Origin: a virus
Taxonomy: Duplodnaviria; Caudoviricetes
Length of the DNA stretch: 64,000 bases
Reading direction: 5' to 3' (one strand)
IMG/VR virus record: IMGVR_UViG_3300001765_000034
Span: 1-64,000 of that record
Shown here piece by piece: positions 1-10,959 of the stretch (positions are counted from its first letter, which is position 1; the number at the start of each line of letters is the position of its first letter). The translations under genes were made by a program, and so were the position numbers. The notes beneath the pieces are model-generated. The model searched no databases and was not told the origin of the DNA. It worked only from the letters and a program-made list of their open reading frames with translations.

Positions 1-849
1 GCCACTATATCCATTAGTATCAATACCTCTAACTTTACCAAAACTCGTAACAAAACCAAAACTATTATTTGGTATGGTTTGCGTAGCCATACCAAGACTT
101 CTTGGACTCTTGGTGGCATCAGTCAATTCAATTGTAAGTACTTCAACACCACCAAGAATTTTATTATCTACAATACTTACAAGTTGACCATTTAAAATTT
201 CAACACCGCTTTCATTATATGCATTATAAACAAGTTCTTGCCCTATTTGTAACGAAACCTCATCATTAACATCAACCTCAAGTGTTTTATCAAAAGCATT
301 CCAATGAAGTCTACCTACATCATGAGTATGTGTAATTCCAGTGCTCGTATTAAATCTAATTCCATCAAATTGGGGACTACCACCACTAACTATCTGTGGA
401 TTAGTTTGGTCTAGCTTTAGGGTATTTTCTATTTCGGTTTGGGTTGATCCTGTGTATTCATTAAATTGGGTAATTGATAATTTATTATCTGTAATGCCCG
501 AAAGAGTTCCAGGTATTCTTGTTCTTGATAAATTTAATTTATTATCAATATCAAGTATATCGTTATATCCAACGTCTTCATAACTCCACAATATTTCATA
601 TTCAGATGGTGTTGGTTCGTCAGGAATTAATTTAATAATTTCTTCTCTAATCTCAGCACGACTTAACGTTGTTAAAGACCCAAAATTATCCCAGTTAGTG
701 GTTGATGATATGTCAACATAATTTGTTGGAGTACTACCAGTATCACTAATAGTTATGAACGCTGTATTTCCGCTCAACATAGGTTCATCCCATGTTAAAA
801 TGTCAATCCCTATTTTTTGACCTCCAATTGTGTATACTAATAATTTCAT
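1..849 (-). CDS. Putative virion structural/fibre-associated protein, partial (runs off the window start)
   Basis: Hand translation from ATG at 849 is open to position 1 (MKLLVYTIGGQKIGIDILTW...SLGMATQTIPNNSFGFVTSFGKVRGIDTNGYSG); co-directional with the two fibre genes; missing from the supplied ORF track. Confidence 0.75.
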   Translation of the reverse strand, partial: MKLLVYTIGGQKIGIDILTWDEPMLSGNTAFITISDTGSTPTNYVDISSTTNWDNFGSLTTLSRAEIREEIIKLIPDEPTPSEYEILWSYEDVGYNDILDIDNKLNLSRTRIPGTLSGITDNKLSITQFNEYTGSTQTEIENTLKLDQTNPQIVSGGSPQFDGIRFNTSTGITHTHDVGRLHWNAFDKTLEVDVNDEVSLQIGQELVYNAYNESGVEILNGQLVSIVDNKILGGVEVLTIELTDATKSPRSLGMATQTIPNNSFGFVTSFGKVRGIDTNGYSG

Positions 850-860
850 GTTTCTTTATA

Positions 861-3800
861 TTAAGTTATTCTCATTACTTCAATGTATGCATCCGATATA
901 GTGGTTGAACTTCCAACATTCCAATATTCTAAAACTATTGTATTTACCCCAGATAACGTGGTAATTTCAATAATACTATTTGTTTCCACATTAGTGATGT
1001 CTTGTGGCTCAATTGATAATTGTGTTTGTGTTCCAATAGGTGACCCGTTTAATGTTATTCTAAACAATGCCGCGTTAGCAATACTTGAATGAGACCATTT
1101 CCATGTTGCAATAATTTTATATGTTCCCGAAGGTAGATTACTTGTAGTTAACGTCGCTTTTGTTTGTGGAGTTGTTGCTGTTGACGTTGAGTTTCCTACG
1201 GATGAAGTGTATTCATAAACTGATCCAAAGATACCCGAAGTTCCACTTGTACCTGAAGAACCAGATGACCCACTTGATCCAGATGACCCACTTGTACCAT
1301 TAATACCCGATGTACCAGAAGACCCAGAACTACCGCTCGAACCTGATGTTCCACTTGTTCCTGAACTACCTGATGTACCTGAAGTTCCACTTGAACCGGA
1401 TGATCCAGAAGAACCAGATGAACCACTGGTGCCAGATGTTCCATTTATTCCACTAGTACCGCTAGAACCAGAACTACCTGATGTGCCCGCAGTACCACTA
1501 CTTCCGCTTGTGCCAGATGTACCTGAAGAACCACTAGTGCCTGATGTTCCATCAATACCGCTAGAACCCGATGAACCACTTGAACCAGAACTTCCTGATG
1601 TTCCCGATGTTCCGCTACTTCCACTAGTTCCTGATGTCCCACTAGAACCCGATGAACCGGATGTTCCATCAATTCCGCTAGTTCCTGAACTACCAGAAGA
1701 CCCACTAGATCCTGAACTACCACTACTTCCGGACGATCCTGACGAACCCGAACTTCCAGATGTACCACTAGTTCCTGATGTCCCGGAAGAACCAGATGAC
1801 CCTGAGCTTCCAGATGTTCCTGATGTACCTGAACTGCCAGAAGACCCACTCGATCCCGATGTACCACTTGTACCTGATGAACCACTAGTTCCATTCAAAC
1901 CATTTATACCTGATGTTCCAGAAGAACCTGAACTACCAGATGTTCCTGATGTTCCATTTATACCTGAAGTACCGCTAGAACCACTTGTTCCAGATGTACC
2001 ATTAATACCGCTTGTACCCGAGCTTCCACTGGTTCCCGATGACCCAGAACTTCCGCTTGAACCTGAACTACCTGAAGTTCCATCAATACCACTTGTTCCT
2101 GAGCTTCCTGAAGAACCCGATGTTCCCGAAGAGCCAGAGCTTCCACTTGAACCAGATGTTCCTGAAGAACCGCTTGAGCCGGATGTTCCGCTACTTCCAG
2201 AAGATCCTGAACTTCCGCTTGAACCTGAAGAACCAGAACTTCCCGATGACCCAGAACTGCCGCTTGAGCCTGAGCTTCCTGAAGTTCCAGATGAACCAGA
2301 TGTTCCTGAAGAACCGGATGTTCCTGAACTACCAGATGTACCCGAACTTCCGCTTGACCCACTAGTTCCTGATGTACCGCTAGAACCCGATGTTCCATCC
2401 AAACCATTTATACCTGATGTTCCGCTTGTGCCAGAACTACCGGATGTACCCGATGATCCACTTGAACCAGATGTTCCCGAACTACCGCTTGAGCCAGAAG
2501 AACCTGATGTCCCTGAAGATCCCGATGTTCCAGTACTTCCAGAGCTTCCACTTGACCCAGAAGAACCAGATGTGCCCGATGATCCACTTGAACCAGATGT
2601 TCCATCTAAACCGTTTATTCCACTCGTACCTGACGAACCACTAGTTCCATCAATTCCTGATGTTCCACTTGTGCCAGAACTACCTGATGTTCCGTCTAAT
2701 CCATTTATTCCCGATGTTCCTGAACTACCTGATGTTCCTGATGAACCACTTGACCCGGATGTACCACTACTTCCCGAACTTCCACTTGAACCAGAGCTTC
2801 CGGAAGTTCCACTAGAACCAGATGACCCTGAAGTGCCAGAAGTACCGTCTAATCCATTTATACCTGATGTACCACTTGAGCCTGATGTACCTGAAGTTCC
2901 ATCCAATCCGTTTATTCCCGATGTGCCTGAGCTACCAGAAGAACCTGAAGTCCCGGAAGTTCCAGATGAACCACTTGTACCGGAGGTTCCATCCAAACCA
3001 TTTATGCCTGATGTACCAGAAGTTCCTGACGAACCCGAAGTTCCAGATGAACCGCTTGTACCATTTATTCCACTTGTTCCTGAACTACCGCTACTTCCAG
3101 ATGTTCCTGAGCTACCTGAAGTCCCGTTAATACCACTAGTTCCCGAAGAACCTGACGTTCCACTAGAACCGCTAGTTCCAGATGTGCCGGATGTTCCTGA
3201 AGAACCTGATGAGCCACTTGAGCCGGAAGTTCCACTACTTCCACTTGTTCCCGAACTTCCAGAAGACCCACTTGAACCACTTGAACCACTACTACCAGAA
3301 GTACCTGACGTACCGTCCAATCCATTTATTCCCGATGTTCCTGAACTTCCTGATGTACCACTAGAACCTGAAGTTCCATCAACACCGCTTGTTCCCGATG
3401 AACCAGAACTACCAGAAGTACCTGAAGAACCCGAACTTCCACTGGTTCCTGATGAACCACTAGAACCTGAGCTACCGCTCGTTCCCGAACTACCTGAAGT
3501 TCCATCAATACCACTCGTTCCACTCGAACCAGATGTTCCGCTAGAACCAGACGATCCTGAACTTCCACTTGACCCGGATGTACCTGAAGAGCCACTTGAG
3601 CCAGAAGTTCCATCTAAACCATTTATACCTGAAGTACCACTAGAACCCGATGTTCCAGAACTACCTGACGAACCACTCGTTCCGTTAATACCTGAGCTTC
3701 CTGATGTTCCAGAACTTCCTGAAGTTCCACTGGTTCCATCCAAACCGTTTATTCCGGATGTACCGCTACTTCCACTTGAACCAGATGTACCTGAACTACC

Positions 3801-6785
3801 ACTAGTTCCGTCCAATCCGTTTATTCCTGATGTACCGCTACTTCCGCTTGAGCCAGATGAACCCGAAGTCCCAGAAGTTCCAGATGTACCACTTGAGCCA
3901 GAAGTTCCATCTATTCCAGATGTACCTGAACTACCACTTGAGCCACTAGTTCCGTCAATACCGCTCGTACCTGAACTACCCGATGTTCCACTTGAGCCAG
4001 AAGTACCTGAAGAACCTGATGTTCCATCTATTCCTGATGTTCCACTCGAGCCACTAGTTCCTGAAGATCCAGAAGTTCCTGATGTACCACTTGAGCCAGA
4101 TGTTCCTGAAGAACCCGTCCCAATGGGATAATATGTTGCATTTCCACTTTCATCAAATCCCGCTAATTGATTAATCGTACCAATGTGAGCTGAGGATGTC
4201 CAAGTTAAATTCGATAAAGTAGCGTGGTTACTTGAAGATATTCCACCAATTGATACCTGTGATGCTTTGCTACCTTTTAGATATGTTACACCGCCAGTTC
4301 GAATAGTTACTTTACCAATATTTCCGTTGGCGGTAGCTGTAAAATATGTTATTCTTGCATACAATACAAACTCTGCTGAACTATCTGATAATGAACCAAG
4401 ATATAAACCATTTACATCTTCAGCTATTGCCGAAGCCAATGATGTATATGCAACCTGCGGTTGTACCATTATCATCCTATATTTTTGAGAATCACTATCG
4501 GATGTTACAGGTACTAATAATTGATAAACGTTATAATATCTATTATTAATCCCCACTGTTAATGTACCCGTTAACGGATTGTTTAATTGAATAAATGTAT
4601 TGGTAGTACCATAAAATGGAGTTGATCCTGTAAGGTCAAAAATTGATGCAGTATAACCAGAAACATACATTCTTGTATATACACCCTGAGTCCAACCCGA
4701 AATTGTTGTCTGAAGATCTTCATCTTTAATAGTCCCAATGTTAAAACCAGGCGTTGTATCATTATCTGTTGCACTATTAAAATTATATGTTCCAGATGTT
4801 AATCCACATCCACTTTTATGATATGTTCCAATCTTAAAGTGGAATTCTTCATGTGATTCAACATCCATTAATTCGTGTGTCTCTCTAATACAAAAACTTG
4901 AAGCAGATGTTGATTGATAATTTACACTAGCCACTTGAATCTGATCAAAACTCCAAACGGTTTGACTCCAAGTAAATTCAACGCCATCTGTTGATGATAG
5001 ATACCAATTTCCTACTGTATTTGTATGACCTGATGATATCCAAGGAGATGTAAGACCAGTATATATAACTCCTCTCCAATAATATGTTAAATCACCCGTG
5101 AGTGTTACTGTTCTATTTGTCCAGTTATAAGATACATCAATATCACTTCCACTTTTAAATCCTGTATATTGTCCTGCATCGGATACTGCTTTTAATGGTA
5201 AAGCATTTAACGATCCGTCAACCCCTGATGTACCACTAGATCCCGATGTTCCAGAAGAACCAGAACTTCCTGAAGTTCCACTGGTGCCATCTAAACCAGA
5301 TGTCCCCGAGCTACCGCTTGTTCCAGAACTACCTGAAGAACCACTACTACCAGATGTTCCACTTGTCCCTGAAGATCCACTAGTTCCGTCTAATCCATTT
5401 ATTCCAGATGTTCCAGAACTACCACTTGTTCCACTTGAGCCTGAGCTTCCTGATGTACCACTAGAACCAGATGTACCTGAACTGCCAGAAGACCCTGAAG
5501 TTCCATTAATACCACTCGTACCTGAACTACCACTTGAACCAGAACTTCCAGAAGTTCCATCCAAACCATTTATTCCTGAAGTTCCGCTACTTCCTGAGCT
5601 TCCGCTTGTTCCATCAATACCAGAAGTACCTGAAGATCCTGAGCTACCGCTCGATCCAGATGTTCCATCGATACCACTTGTTCCAGAAGAACCGCTACTA
5701 CCAGATGTACCCGAAGATCCACTTGACCCAGAAGTTCCAGATGAACCGCTTGTACCATTTATTCCACTTGTTCCTGAACTACCAGAAGAACCTGATGTTC
5801 CATCAATTCCACTAGTTCCACTTGAACCGGATGTTCCACTTGTTCCATCTATTCCAGATGTACCTGAACTACCAGATGTTCCTGATGTTCCATTTATACC
5901 TGAAGTACCACTAGAACCACTTGAGCCAGATGTACCTGAAGTACCACTTGATCCATCCAAACCATTTATACCTGAAGTTCCAGATGAACCGCTTGTACCA
6001 TTTATTCCACTTGTACCTGAAGAACCGCTACTTCCAGATGTTCCCGAACTGCCAGAAGTACCATCCAGACCATTTATACCTGAAGTTCCGCTACTTCCCG
6101 AGCTTCCACTTGTTCCATCAACGCCAGAAGTGCCTGAAGTTCCGCTCGAACCAGAAGTTCCAGATGAACCGCTTGTACCACTACTTCCAGTTGTTCCCGA
6201 ACTACCCGAAGAACCCGATGTTCCATTTATACCGGATGTACCACTAGAACCACTTGTTCCAGATGTACCATCAACACCACTAGTACCAGAAGAACCGCTA
6301 GAACCTGAAGTTCCACTGGTTCCGTCCAAACCATTTATTCCTGATGTACCAGAACTACCGCTTGTGCCTGAAGTACCACTACTACCAGATGTTCCGCTGG
6401 TTCCGTCTAATCCCGATGTTCCACTAGTTCCTGAACTTCCAGATGTTCCGTTTATTCCTGAAGTTCCGCTAGTGCCTGAAGTTCCGCTCGAACCAGAAGT
6501 TCCACTTACTCCAGGCTCACCCGAACTTAATTTTAATACTAAATCATTATCTGTTATTCCACTATAATACCAGTATTCATATAATGTTCCACCCAACCAT
6601 TGTAATGAAATGTTATCATATGTTGCTCCTGTTATGATACCAACAGTTAATCCCACCGATCTCCATGATCCTACACCACCAGGTATATTGTTATTTGCAT
6701 GGGTTACACCAGTCCAGGGGCCGTATCTCCAATCTAAATGTTTTGGAGACTGGTTTTTAATATTATCGCTAAGGTTAATTGCCAT
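861..6785 (-). CDS. Giant Gly-X-X (GSS/GTS) repeat fibre protein, 1974 aa, with internal globular domain and beta-rich C-terminal domain
   Basis: Two long proline-free G-X-X tracts (GTSGSSGTSGINGLD) flank a non-repetitive ~370 aa domain; ~120 aa beta-rich C-terminal cap; layout resembles collagen-like fibres such as BclA. Confidence 0.85.
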   Translation of the reverse strand: MAINLSDNIKNQSPKHLDWRYGPWTGVTHANNNIPGGVGSWRSVGLTVGIITGATYDNISLQWLGGTLYEYWYYSGITDNDLVLKLSSGEPGVSGTSGSSGTSGTSGTSGINGTSGSSGTSGTSGLDGTSGTSGSSGTSGTSGSSGTSGINGLDGTSGTSGSSGSSGTSGVDGTSGTSGSSGTSGINGTSGSSGSSGTTGSSGTSGSSGTSGSSGTSGTSGVDGTSGSSGSSGTSGINGLDGTSGSSGTSGSSGSSGTSGINGTSGSSGTSGINGLDGSSGTSGTSGSSGSSGTSGINGTSGTSGSSGTSGIDGTSGTSGSSGTSGIDGTSGSSGSSGTSGINGTSGSSGTSGSSGSSGTSGSSGSSGTSGIDGTSGSSGSSGSSGTSGIDGTSGSSGSSGTSGINGLDGTSGSSGSSGSSGTSGINGTSGSSGSSGTSGSSGTSGSSGSSGTSGSSGTSGINGLDGTSGSSGTSGTSGSSGSSGSSGTSGSSGTSGLDGTSGTSGSSGSSGTSGSSGTSGVDGSLNALPLKAVSDAGQYTGFKSGSDIDVSYNWTNRTVTLTGDLTYYWRGVIYTGLTSPWISSGHTNTVGNWYLSSTDGVEFTWSQTVWSFDQIQVASVNYQSTSASSFCIRETHELMDVESHEEFHFKIGTYHKSGCGLTSGTYNFNSATDNDTTPGFNIGTIKDEDLQTTISGWTQGVYTRMYVSGYTASIFDLTGSTPFYGTTNTFIQLNNPLTGTLTVGINNRYYNVYQLLVPVTSDSDSQKYRMIMVQPQVAYTSLASAIAEDVNGLYLGSLSDSSAEFVLYARITYFTATANGNIGKVTIRTGGVTYLKGSKASQVSIGGISSSNHATLSNLTWTSSAHIGTINQLAGFDESGNATYYPIGTGSSGTSGSSGTSGTSGSSGTSGSSGTSGIDGTSGSSGTSGSSGTSGSSGTSGIDGTSGSSGSSGTSGIDGTSGSSGTSGTSGTSGSSGSSGSSGTSGINGLDGTSGSSGTSGSSGSSGTSGINGLDGTSGTSGSSGTSGSSGINGTSGSSGSSGTSGSSGTSGINGLDGTSGSSGSSGTSGSSGSSGSSGSSGTSGSSGTSGIDGTSGSSGTSGSSGSSGSSGTSGSSGSSGTSGSSGSSGTSGVDGTSGSSGTSGSSGTSGINGLDGTSGTSGSSGSSGSSGSSGSSGTSGSSGTSGSSGSSGSSGTSGTSGTSGSSGTSGSSGTSGINGTSGSSGTSGSSGSSGTSGINGTSGSSGTSGSSGTSGTSGINGLDGTSGTSGSSGTSGTSGSSGSSGTSGINGLDGTSGTSGSSGTSGINGLDGTSGTSGSSGSSGTSGSSGSSGSSGSSGTSGSSGSSGTSGSSGTSGINGLDGTSGSSGTSGTSGIDGTSGSSGTSGINGLDGTSGSSGSSGTSGSSGSSGSSGSTGTSGSSGTSGSSGSSGSSGTSGSSGSSGTSGSSGTSGTSGINGLDGTSGSSGTSGTSGSSGSSGTSGSSGTSGSSGTSGSSGTSGSSGSSGSSGSSGSSGSSGSSGSSGSSGSSGTSGSSGSSGTSGSSGSSGSSGTSGSSGSSGTSGIDGTSGSSGSSGSSGSSGTSGSSGTSGINGTSGTSGSSGTSGINGTSGTSGSSGSSGTSGINGLNGTSGSSGTSGTSGSSGSSGSSGTSGTSGSSGSSGSSGTSGTSGTSGSSGSSGSSGSSGSSGSSGSSGSSGTSGIDGTSGSSGSSGTSGTSGSSGTSGTSGSSGSSGSSGSSGIDGTSGTSGSSGTSGTSGSSGTAGTSGSSGSSGTSGINGTSGTSGSSGSSGSSGSSGTSGTSGSSGTSGTSGSSGSSGSSGTSGINGTSGSSGSSGSSGSSGTSGTSGIFGSVYEYTSSVGNSTSTATTPQTKATLTTSNLPSGTYKIIATWKWSHSSIANAALFRITLNGSPIGTQTQLSIEPQDITNVETNSIIEITTLSGVNTIVLEYWNVGSSTTISDAYIEVMRIT

Positions 6786-6790
6786 TTATA

Positions 6791-9700
6791 TTAAGTATTT
6801 CTATATTCAAATGTTGATTTAGTTGTGCCGTATACGCTCCAATGCATTTTATATGTTATTCCTGACCAATAACCATCTGGGCTATTAACATTTCCCGTTG
6901 CTACCGAGGTAATAAAAGTTCCGTCATTAGTTCCATTATCAAATGCGTCTACATACCATTTTGTTTTTGTTGTATAACTATTTTGATATGCAACCCAAAT
7001 ATATTCACTTGACGAATTATATGTTATTGTTAATGTTCCAGATGCTGCAGTTAAAACTTTATTTGCAGTTCCTCCTGAAATTGCAGATGCTATTGACTCA
7101 ACAGTTGGCAACGAACTCATTTTTCCCCAGAAATATGGATAAATTCCTGTTATTGTATATGTTGTAGTTCCAAATGTATTACCTGATAATTGAGGTCCTG
7201 TTGTTGTTCTAAGAGCATAAGCACTAGAATCTGTGTTCCCTTTATTATCTAATTTTTGTAATCCTGAGTCATAATTACCATCTCCTTGATATGTTGTAGA
7301 TCCTCCAGGTATAATGTATGATTCATTATATGGTGTTGGACTAATTGAATATGTATGATTAGGATTATTTGGGTCAGTATACCCGAATTGTGCAGCAATG
7401 TCTGTCGCAGATGATTCGGTTAATGTAGTGTCGGTAAATATTGGTGAACTATTTCGTAAAATTCTTAATTGGGTATATAATCCCGCATCATTTTTAACAC
7501 CTGATAATGTAATATTTGGTGAATATGTTCTACCAATTTCATATGTTTGGTTTGAAACTCCACCTAATGTTATTGTTGGGATAGTATATGTAGGTTCTAC
7601 TGTTGGAAATAATAAATCATTCCAAAGTTGAACATTTGTTTTTCCTGTTAATTGAGAAACCGTTGTTCCTGCTGGTATTCCACCAATAGTTGTCGGGGTC
7701 GCTAATGACGGATCTAATGTTGTATTAAATACGGTATATAATGTATCACCAGTAACACCTGAAATTAACCCTAAACCTGTATTATCACTAACACTAAGGT
7801 TAGTTCCAGTTCCAGATGTTCCCGAACTTCCACTAGTTCCGTCAATTCCTGAAGTGCCTGATGTTCCGTTTATACCTGAAGTACCTGACGAACCATTTAT
7901 TCCAGAAGTACCAGATGATCCACTTGTTCCAGAACTTCCTGAAATCCCGCTAGTTCCAGACGAACCACTGGTTCCATCTAAACCATTTATTCCAGACGTT
8001 CCTGAACTTCCACTTGAGCCAGAAGTTCCATCAATACCACTTGTTCCTGATGAACCAGAACTGCCGGATGTTCCAGAAATACCAGATGAACCACTTGAAC
8101 CTGAAGTTCCAGAAGTACCTGAACTACCTGACGTTCCACTAATACCAGAAGATCCTGATGTTCCATCAATACCAGAAGTACCTGAAGATCCACTTGTTCC
8201 AGAACTACCTGATATACCACTAGTTCCTGATGAACCGTTAGTTCCATCAATTCCTGATGTACCACTAGAACCCGAACTTCCCGATGTACCATTTATTCCC
8301 GAAGTTCCACTTGATCCAGATGTACCCGAAGAACCACTAGCCCCTGATGACCCACTCGTTCCAGAACTTCCAGATAAACCTGAAGTTCCCGATGACCCAC
8401 TAGTGCCGTCTAATCCATTTATACCTGATGTTCCTGATGAGCCAGAACTTCCACTAATTCCAGATGTTCCTGAACTTCCTGATGTTCCATCAATACCGCT
8501 AGTACCACTAGTACCACTTAATCCTGATGACCCACTAGTTCCAGATGTTCCGTCCTGACCGCTTGTCCCTGAAGTTCCGTCCTGACCATCAATTCCTGAT
8601 GTACCACTAGATCCTGAACTACCCGATGTACCATTTATTCCTGATGTACCACTAGATCCGGATGTTCCAGAAGTACCGCTTAACCCAGAGGTTCCTGATG
8701 AACCACTTGACCCTGATGTACCGTCCTGTCCATCTATACCCGATGTTCCACTTGAACCAGATGTTCCGTCAACCCCTGATGTACCACTTGAACCAGAACT
8801 TCCAGACGTTCCATTTATTCCACTTGTACCAGATGACCCTGAAGTTCCTGAAGAACCACTAGTTCCATCTAATCCATCAATTCCTGATGTACCAGAACTT
8901 CCACTGCTTCCGCTTGAGCCAGAAGTTCCTGACGATCCACTAGTTCCGTCAATTCCTGATGTTCCAGAAGTTCCATTTATTCCCGATGTTCCGGAAGTTC
9001 CATCAATCCCTGATGTACCTGATGATCCACTACTTCCAGATGATCCACTAGAACCAGAACTACCTGAGCTTCCGCTTGAGCCCGATGTCCCATCTTGACC
9101 ATCAATACCACTTGTTCCAGAAGTTCCGTTAATACCAGAAGTTCCACTCGAACCTGATGTCCCGTCAATTCCAGATGTTCCACTCGAGCCAGAAGTCCCA
9201 TCTAACCCATTTATTCCTGAAGTCCCTGAACTTCCGCTTGAACCTGATGATCCACTCGATCCGCTTGAACCTGATGAACCACTCGATCCGCTTGACCCCG
9301 ATGAACCACTCGAGCCAGAAGTTCCATCTTGCCCACTTGTTCCCGATGTCCCATTTATTCCAGATGTTCCACTTGAACCAGAGCTCCCAGATGTTCCACT
9401 TGAACCAGAGCTCCCAGATGTTCCACTTGAACCAGAACTTCCAGATGTTCCACTTGAACCAGAACTTCCAGATGTTCCACTTGAGCCAGAAGTACCGTTA
9501 ATTCCTGATGTTCCTGATGTTCCACTAGACCCATCTAACCCTTGAGCCCCACCTATGTTAACATCCCAATTAGAATATGTTCCAGAACCGTAAACTGTAT
9601 CAATATTTCCAACCATATCACCCGTTGATGGGTTATATGAATTAACAGTTCCGGTCATATAATTTGAGCCGTCGTATGCAATAATAAAAGTTTGTCCGGG

Positions 9701-10585
9701 TGTATAATTAAGTCCCGTTTCAACAGTAAAATTTTGTGTTCCTCCACTTATCGTTAAAGAATCAGTTGAGGTAGCTTGATATATATCACCTGAAAGTCCT
9801 GATGTTCCAGAACTTCCGCTAGTTCCGTCAATTCCTGATGTGCCAGATGTGCCTGAGCTTCCAGATGAACCTGAAGTTCCGCTTGTGCCAGATGAACCTG
9901 AAGTTCCGCTTGTGCCAGAACTTCCAGATGTGCCGTTGATACCAGATGTCCCTGATGTTCCATCAATACCAGATGTCCCCGATGTTCCTGAAGACCCGCT
10001 TGTTCCAGAACTTCCTGATGTTCCTGAAGATCCACTTGAACCAGAACTTCCTGATGTTCCTGAAGATCCACTTGAACCAGAACTTCCCGATGTACCGTTA
10101 ATTCCAGAAGTTCCCGATGTACCGTCAATTCCAGAAGTTCCCGATGAACCACTGGTACCAGATGACCCTGATGAACCAGATGACCCTGATGAACCAGATG
10201 ACCCAGATGATCCACTGGTTCCCGATGTTCCTGATGTTCCTGATGATCCACTACTTCCAGAAGTTCCCGATGTCCCATTTATTCCAGATGTACCTGAACT
10301 TCCAGACGTACCAGAAGTACCGCTTGATCCTGAACTTCCGCTAGTACCTGAACTTCCGCTAGTACCCGAACTTCCAGATGTACCTGAACTTCCAGATGTA
10401 CCTGAACTTCCAGATGTACCTGAAGTTGCTGTAACTACGAAATCTTTAAAAGCCCCTAATGTAATAGAATACGTTGTAACACCATCGTCATAAACCGTCC
10501 ATCCAGTTAAAGATAAATCTTGACCCGGAACTAAAGGTAATTCTGGTATGTGTTTTCCGTTACATTTATTTTCTCCTATTGCCAT
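6791..10585 (-). CDS. Second Gly-X-X repeat fibre protein, 1264 aa
   Basis: G-X-X tracts interrupted by an ~80 aa beta module (ATSTDSLTISGGTQNFTVETGLNYTPGQ...GSGTYSNWDVNIG) of a type I recall from phage fibre proteins; C-terminal domain with YPYFWG and YIWVAY motifs. Confidence 0.85.
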   Translation of the reverse strand: MAIGENKCNGKHIPELPLVPGQDLSLTGWTVYDDGVTTYSITLGAFKDFVVTATSGTSGSSGTSGSSGTSGSSGTSGSSGTSGSSGSSGTSGTSGSSGTSGINGTSGTSGSSGSSGTSGTSGTSGSSGSSGSSGSSGSSGSSGTSGSSGTSGIDGTSGTSGINGTSGSSGSSGSSGTSGSSGSSGSSGTSGSSGTSGSSGTSGTSGIDGTSGTSGINGTSGSSGTSGTSGSSGTSGTSGSSGSSGTSGTSGIDGTSGSSGTSGLSGDIYQATSTDSLTISGGTQNFTVETGLNYTPGQTFIIAYDGSNYMTGTVNSYNPSTGDMVGNIDTVYGSGTYSNWDVNIGGAQGLDGSSGTSGTSGINGTSGSSGTSGSSGSSGTSGSSGSSGTSGSSGSSGTSGSSGSSGTSGINGTSGTSGQDGTSGSSGSSGSSGSSGSSGSSGSSGSSGSSGSSGTSGINGLDGTSGSSGTSGIDGTSGSSGTSGINGTSGTSGIDGQDGTSGSSGSSGSSGSSGSSGSSGSSGTSGIDGTSGTSGINGTSGTSGIDGTSGSSGTSGSSGSSGSSGTSGIDGLDGTSGSSGTSGSSGTSGINGTSGSSGSSGTSGVDGTSGSSGTSGIDGQDGTSGSSGSSGTSGLSGTSGTSGSSGTSGINGTSGSSGSSGTSGIDGQDGTSGTSGQDGTSGTSGSSGLSGTSGTSGIDGTSGSSGTSGISGSSGSSGTSGINGLDGTSGSSGTSGLSGSSGTSGSSGASGSSGTSGSSGTSGINGTSGSSGSSGTSGIDGTNGSSGTSGISGSSGTSGSSGTSGIDGTSGSSGISGTSGSSGTSGTSGSSGSSGISGTSGSSGSSGTSGIDGTSGSSGSSGTSGINGLDGTSGSSGTSGISGSSGTSGSSGTSGINGSSGTSGINGTSGTSGIDGTSGSSGTSGTGTNLSVSDNTGLGLISGVTGDTLYTVFNTTLDPSLATPTTIGGIPAGTTVSQLTGKTNVQLWNDLLFPTVEPTYTIPTITLGGVSNQTYEIGRTYSPNITLSGVKNDAGLYTQLRILRNSSPIFTDTTLTESSATDIAAQFGYTDPNNPNHTYSISPTPYNESYIIPGGSTTYQGDGNYDSGLQKLDNKGNTDSSAYALRTTTGPQLSGNTFGTTTYTITGIYPYFWGKMSSLPTVESIASAISGGTANKVLTAASGTLTITYNSSSEYIWVAYQNSYTTKTKWYVDAFDNGTNDGTFITSVATGNVNSPDGYWSGITYKMHWSVYGTTKSTFEYRNT

Positions 10586-10869
10586 TATCTATATAATAAA
10601 TAAAAATTATCATGTGTTTCCAAGACATAATCGTCTTCTGTTTTAAGGAATTTACAATCTTCAACCGGGATACCTCTATAAATATAATCCATAGCGTTAT
10701 CTCCGAGTGCGTAGTCATAAAATTCAGAATAATCTAATACAATATCAATGTGATTTAAAAAATCGTCAATGATGACAACTTCACATAGTCTAAAGTCATA
10801 ATATTCGGAAAAATCAAGGACAGCATCCAATCGAGGTTTCCCGTTACGTAAGATATCCTGAGTGTTCAT
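10585..10869 (-). CDS. Hypothetical acidic protein (probable start MNTQDILR at 10869 rather than TTG 10980)
   Basis: ORF track; the ATG at 10869 avoids overlap with the divergent gene and its promoter region. Confidence 0.55.
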   Translation of the reverse strand: MNTQDILRNGKPRLDAVLDFSEYYDFRLCEVVIIDDFLNHIDIVLDYSEFYDYALGDNAMDYIYRGIPVEDCKFLKTEDDYVLETHDNFYLLYR

Positions 10870-10959
10870 ATTTACATAAATATCCCTTATTAGGTTAACA
10901 TCTATAAATATAATTGAATGCCTTTCATATAAACTGATATTTATATAAAAACTCGAATA

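Noticed and set aside
1196-10493. Long Pro/Asp/Val/Glu-rich plus-strand ORFs (for example 1429-4131, 5284-6567, 7854-8558, 9840-10493) and short off-frame ORFs in the same region
   Set aside because: They are antisense or frameshifted shadows of the GGN-TCN/ACN/AGY repeats, which rarely create stops; they have no independent start signals or non-repeat domains.
861-10585. CRISPR array or DNA tandem repeat
   Set aside because: Periodicity is at the amino-acid level with scrambled synonymous codons; there are no identical repeats separated by unique spacers and no cas genes in the window.
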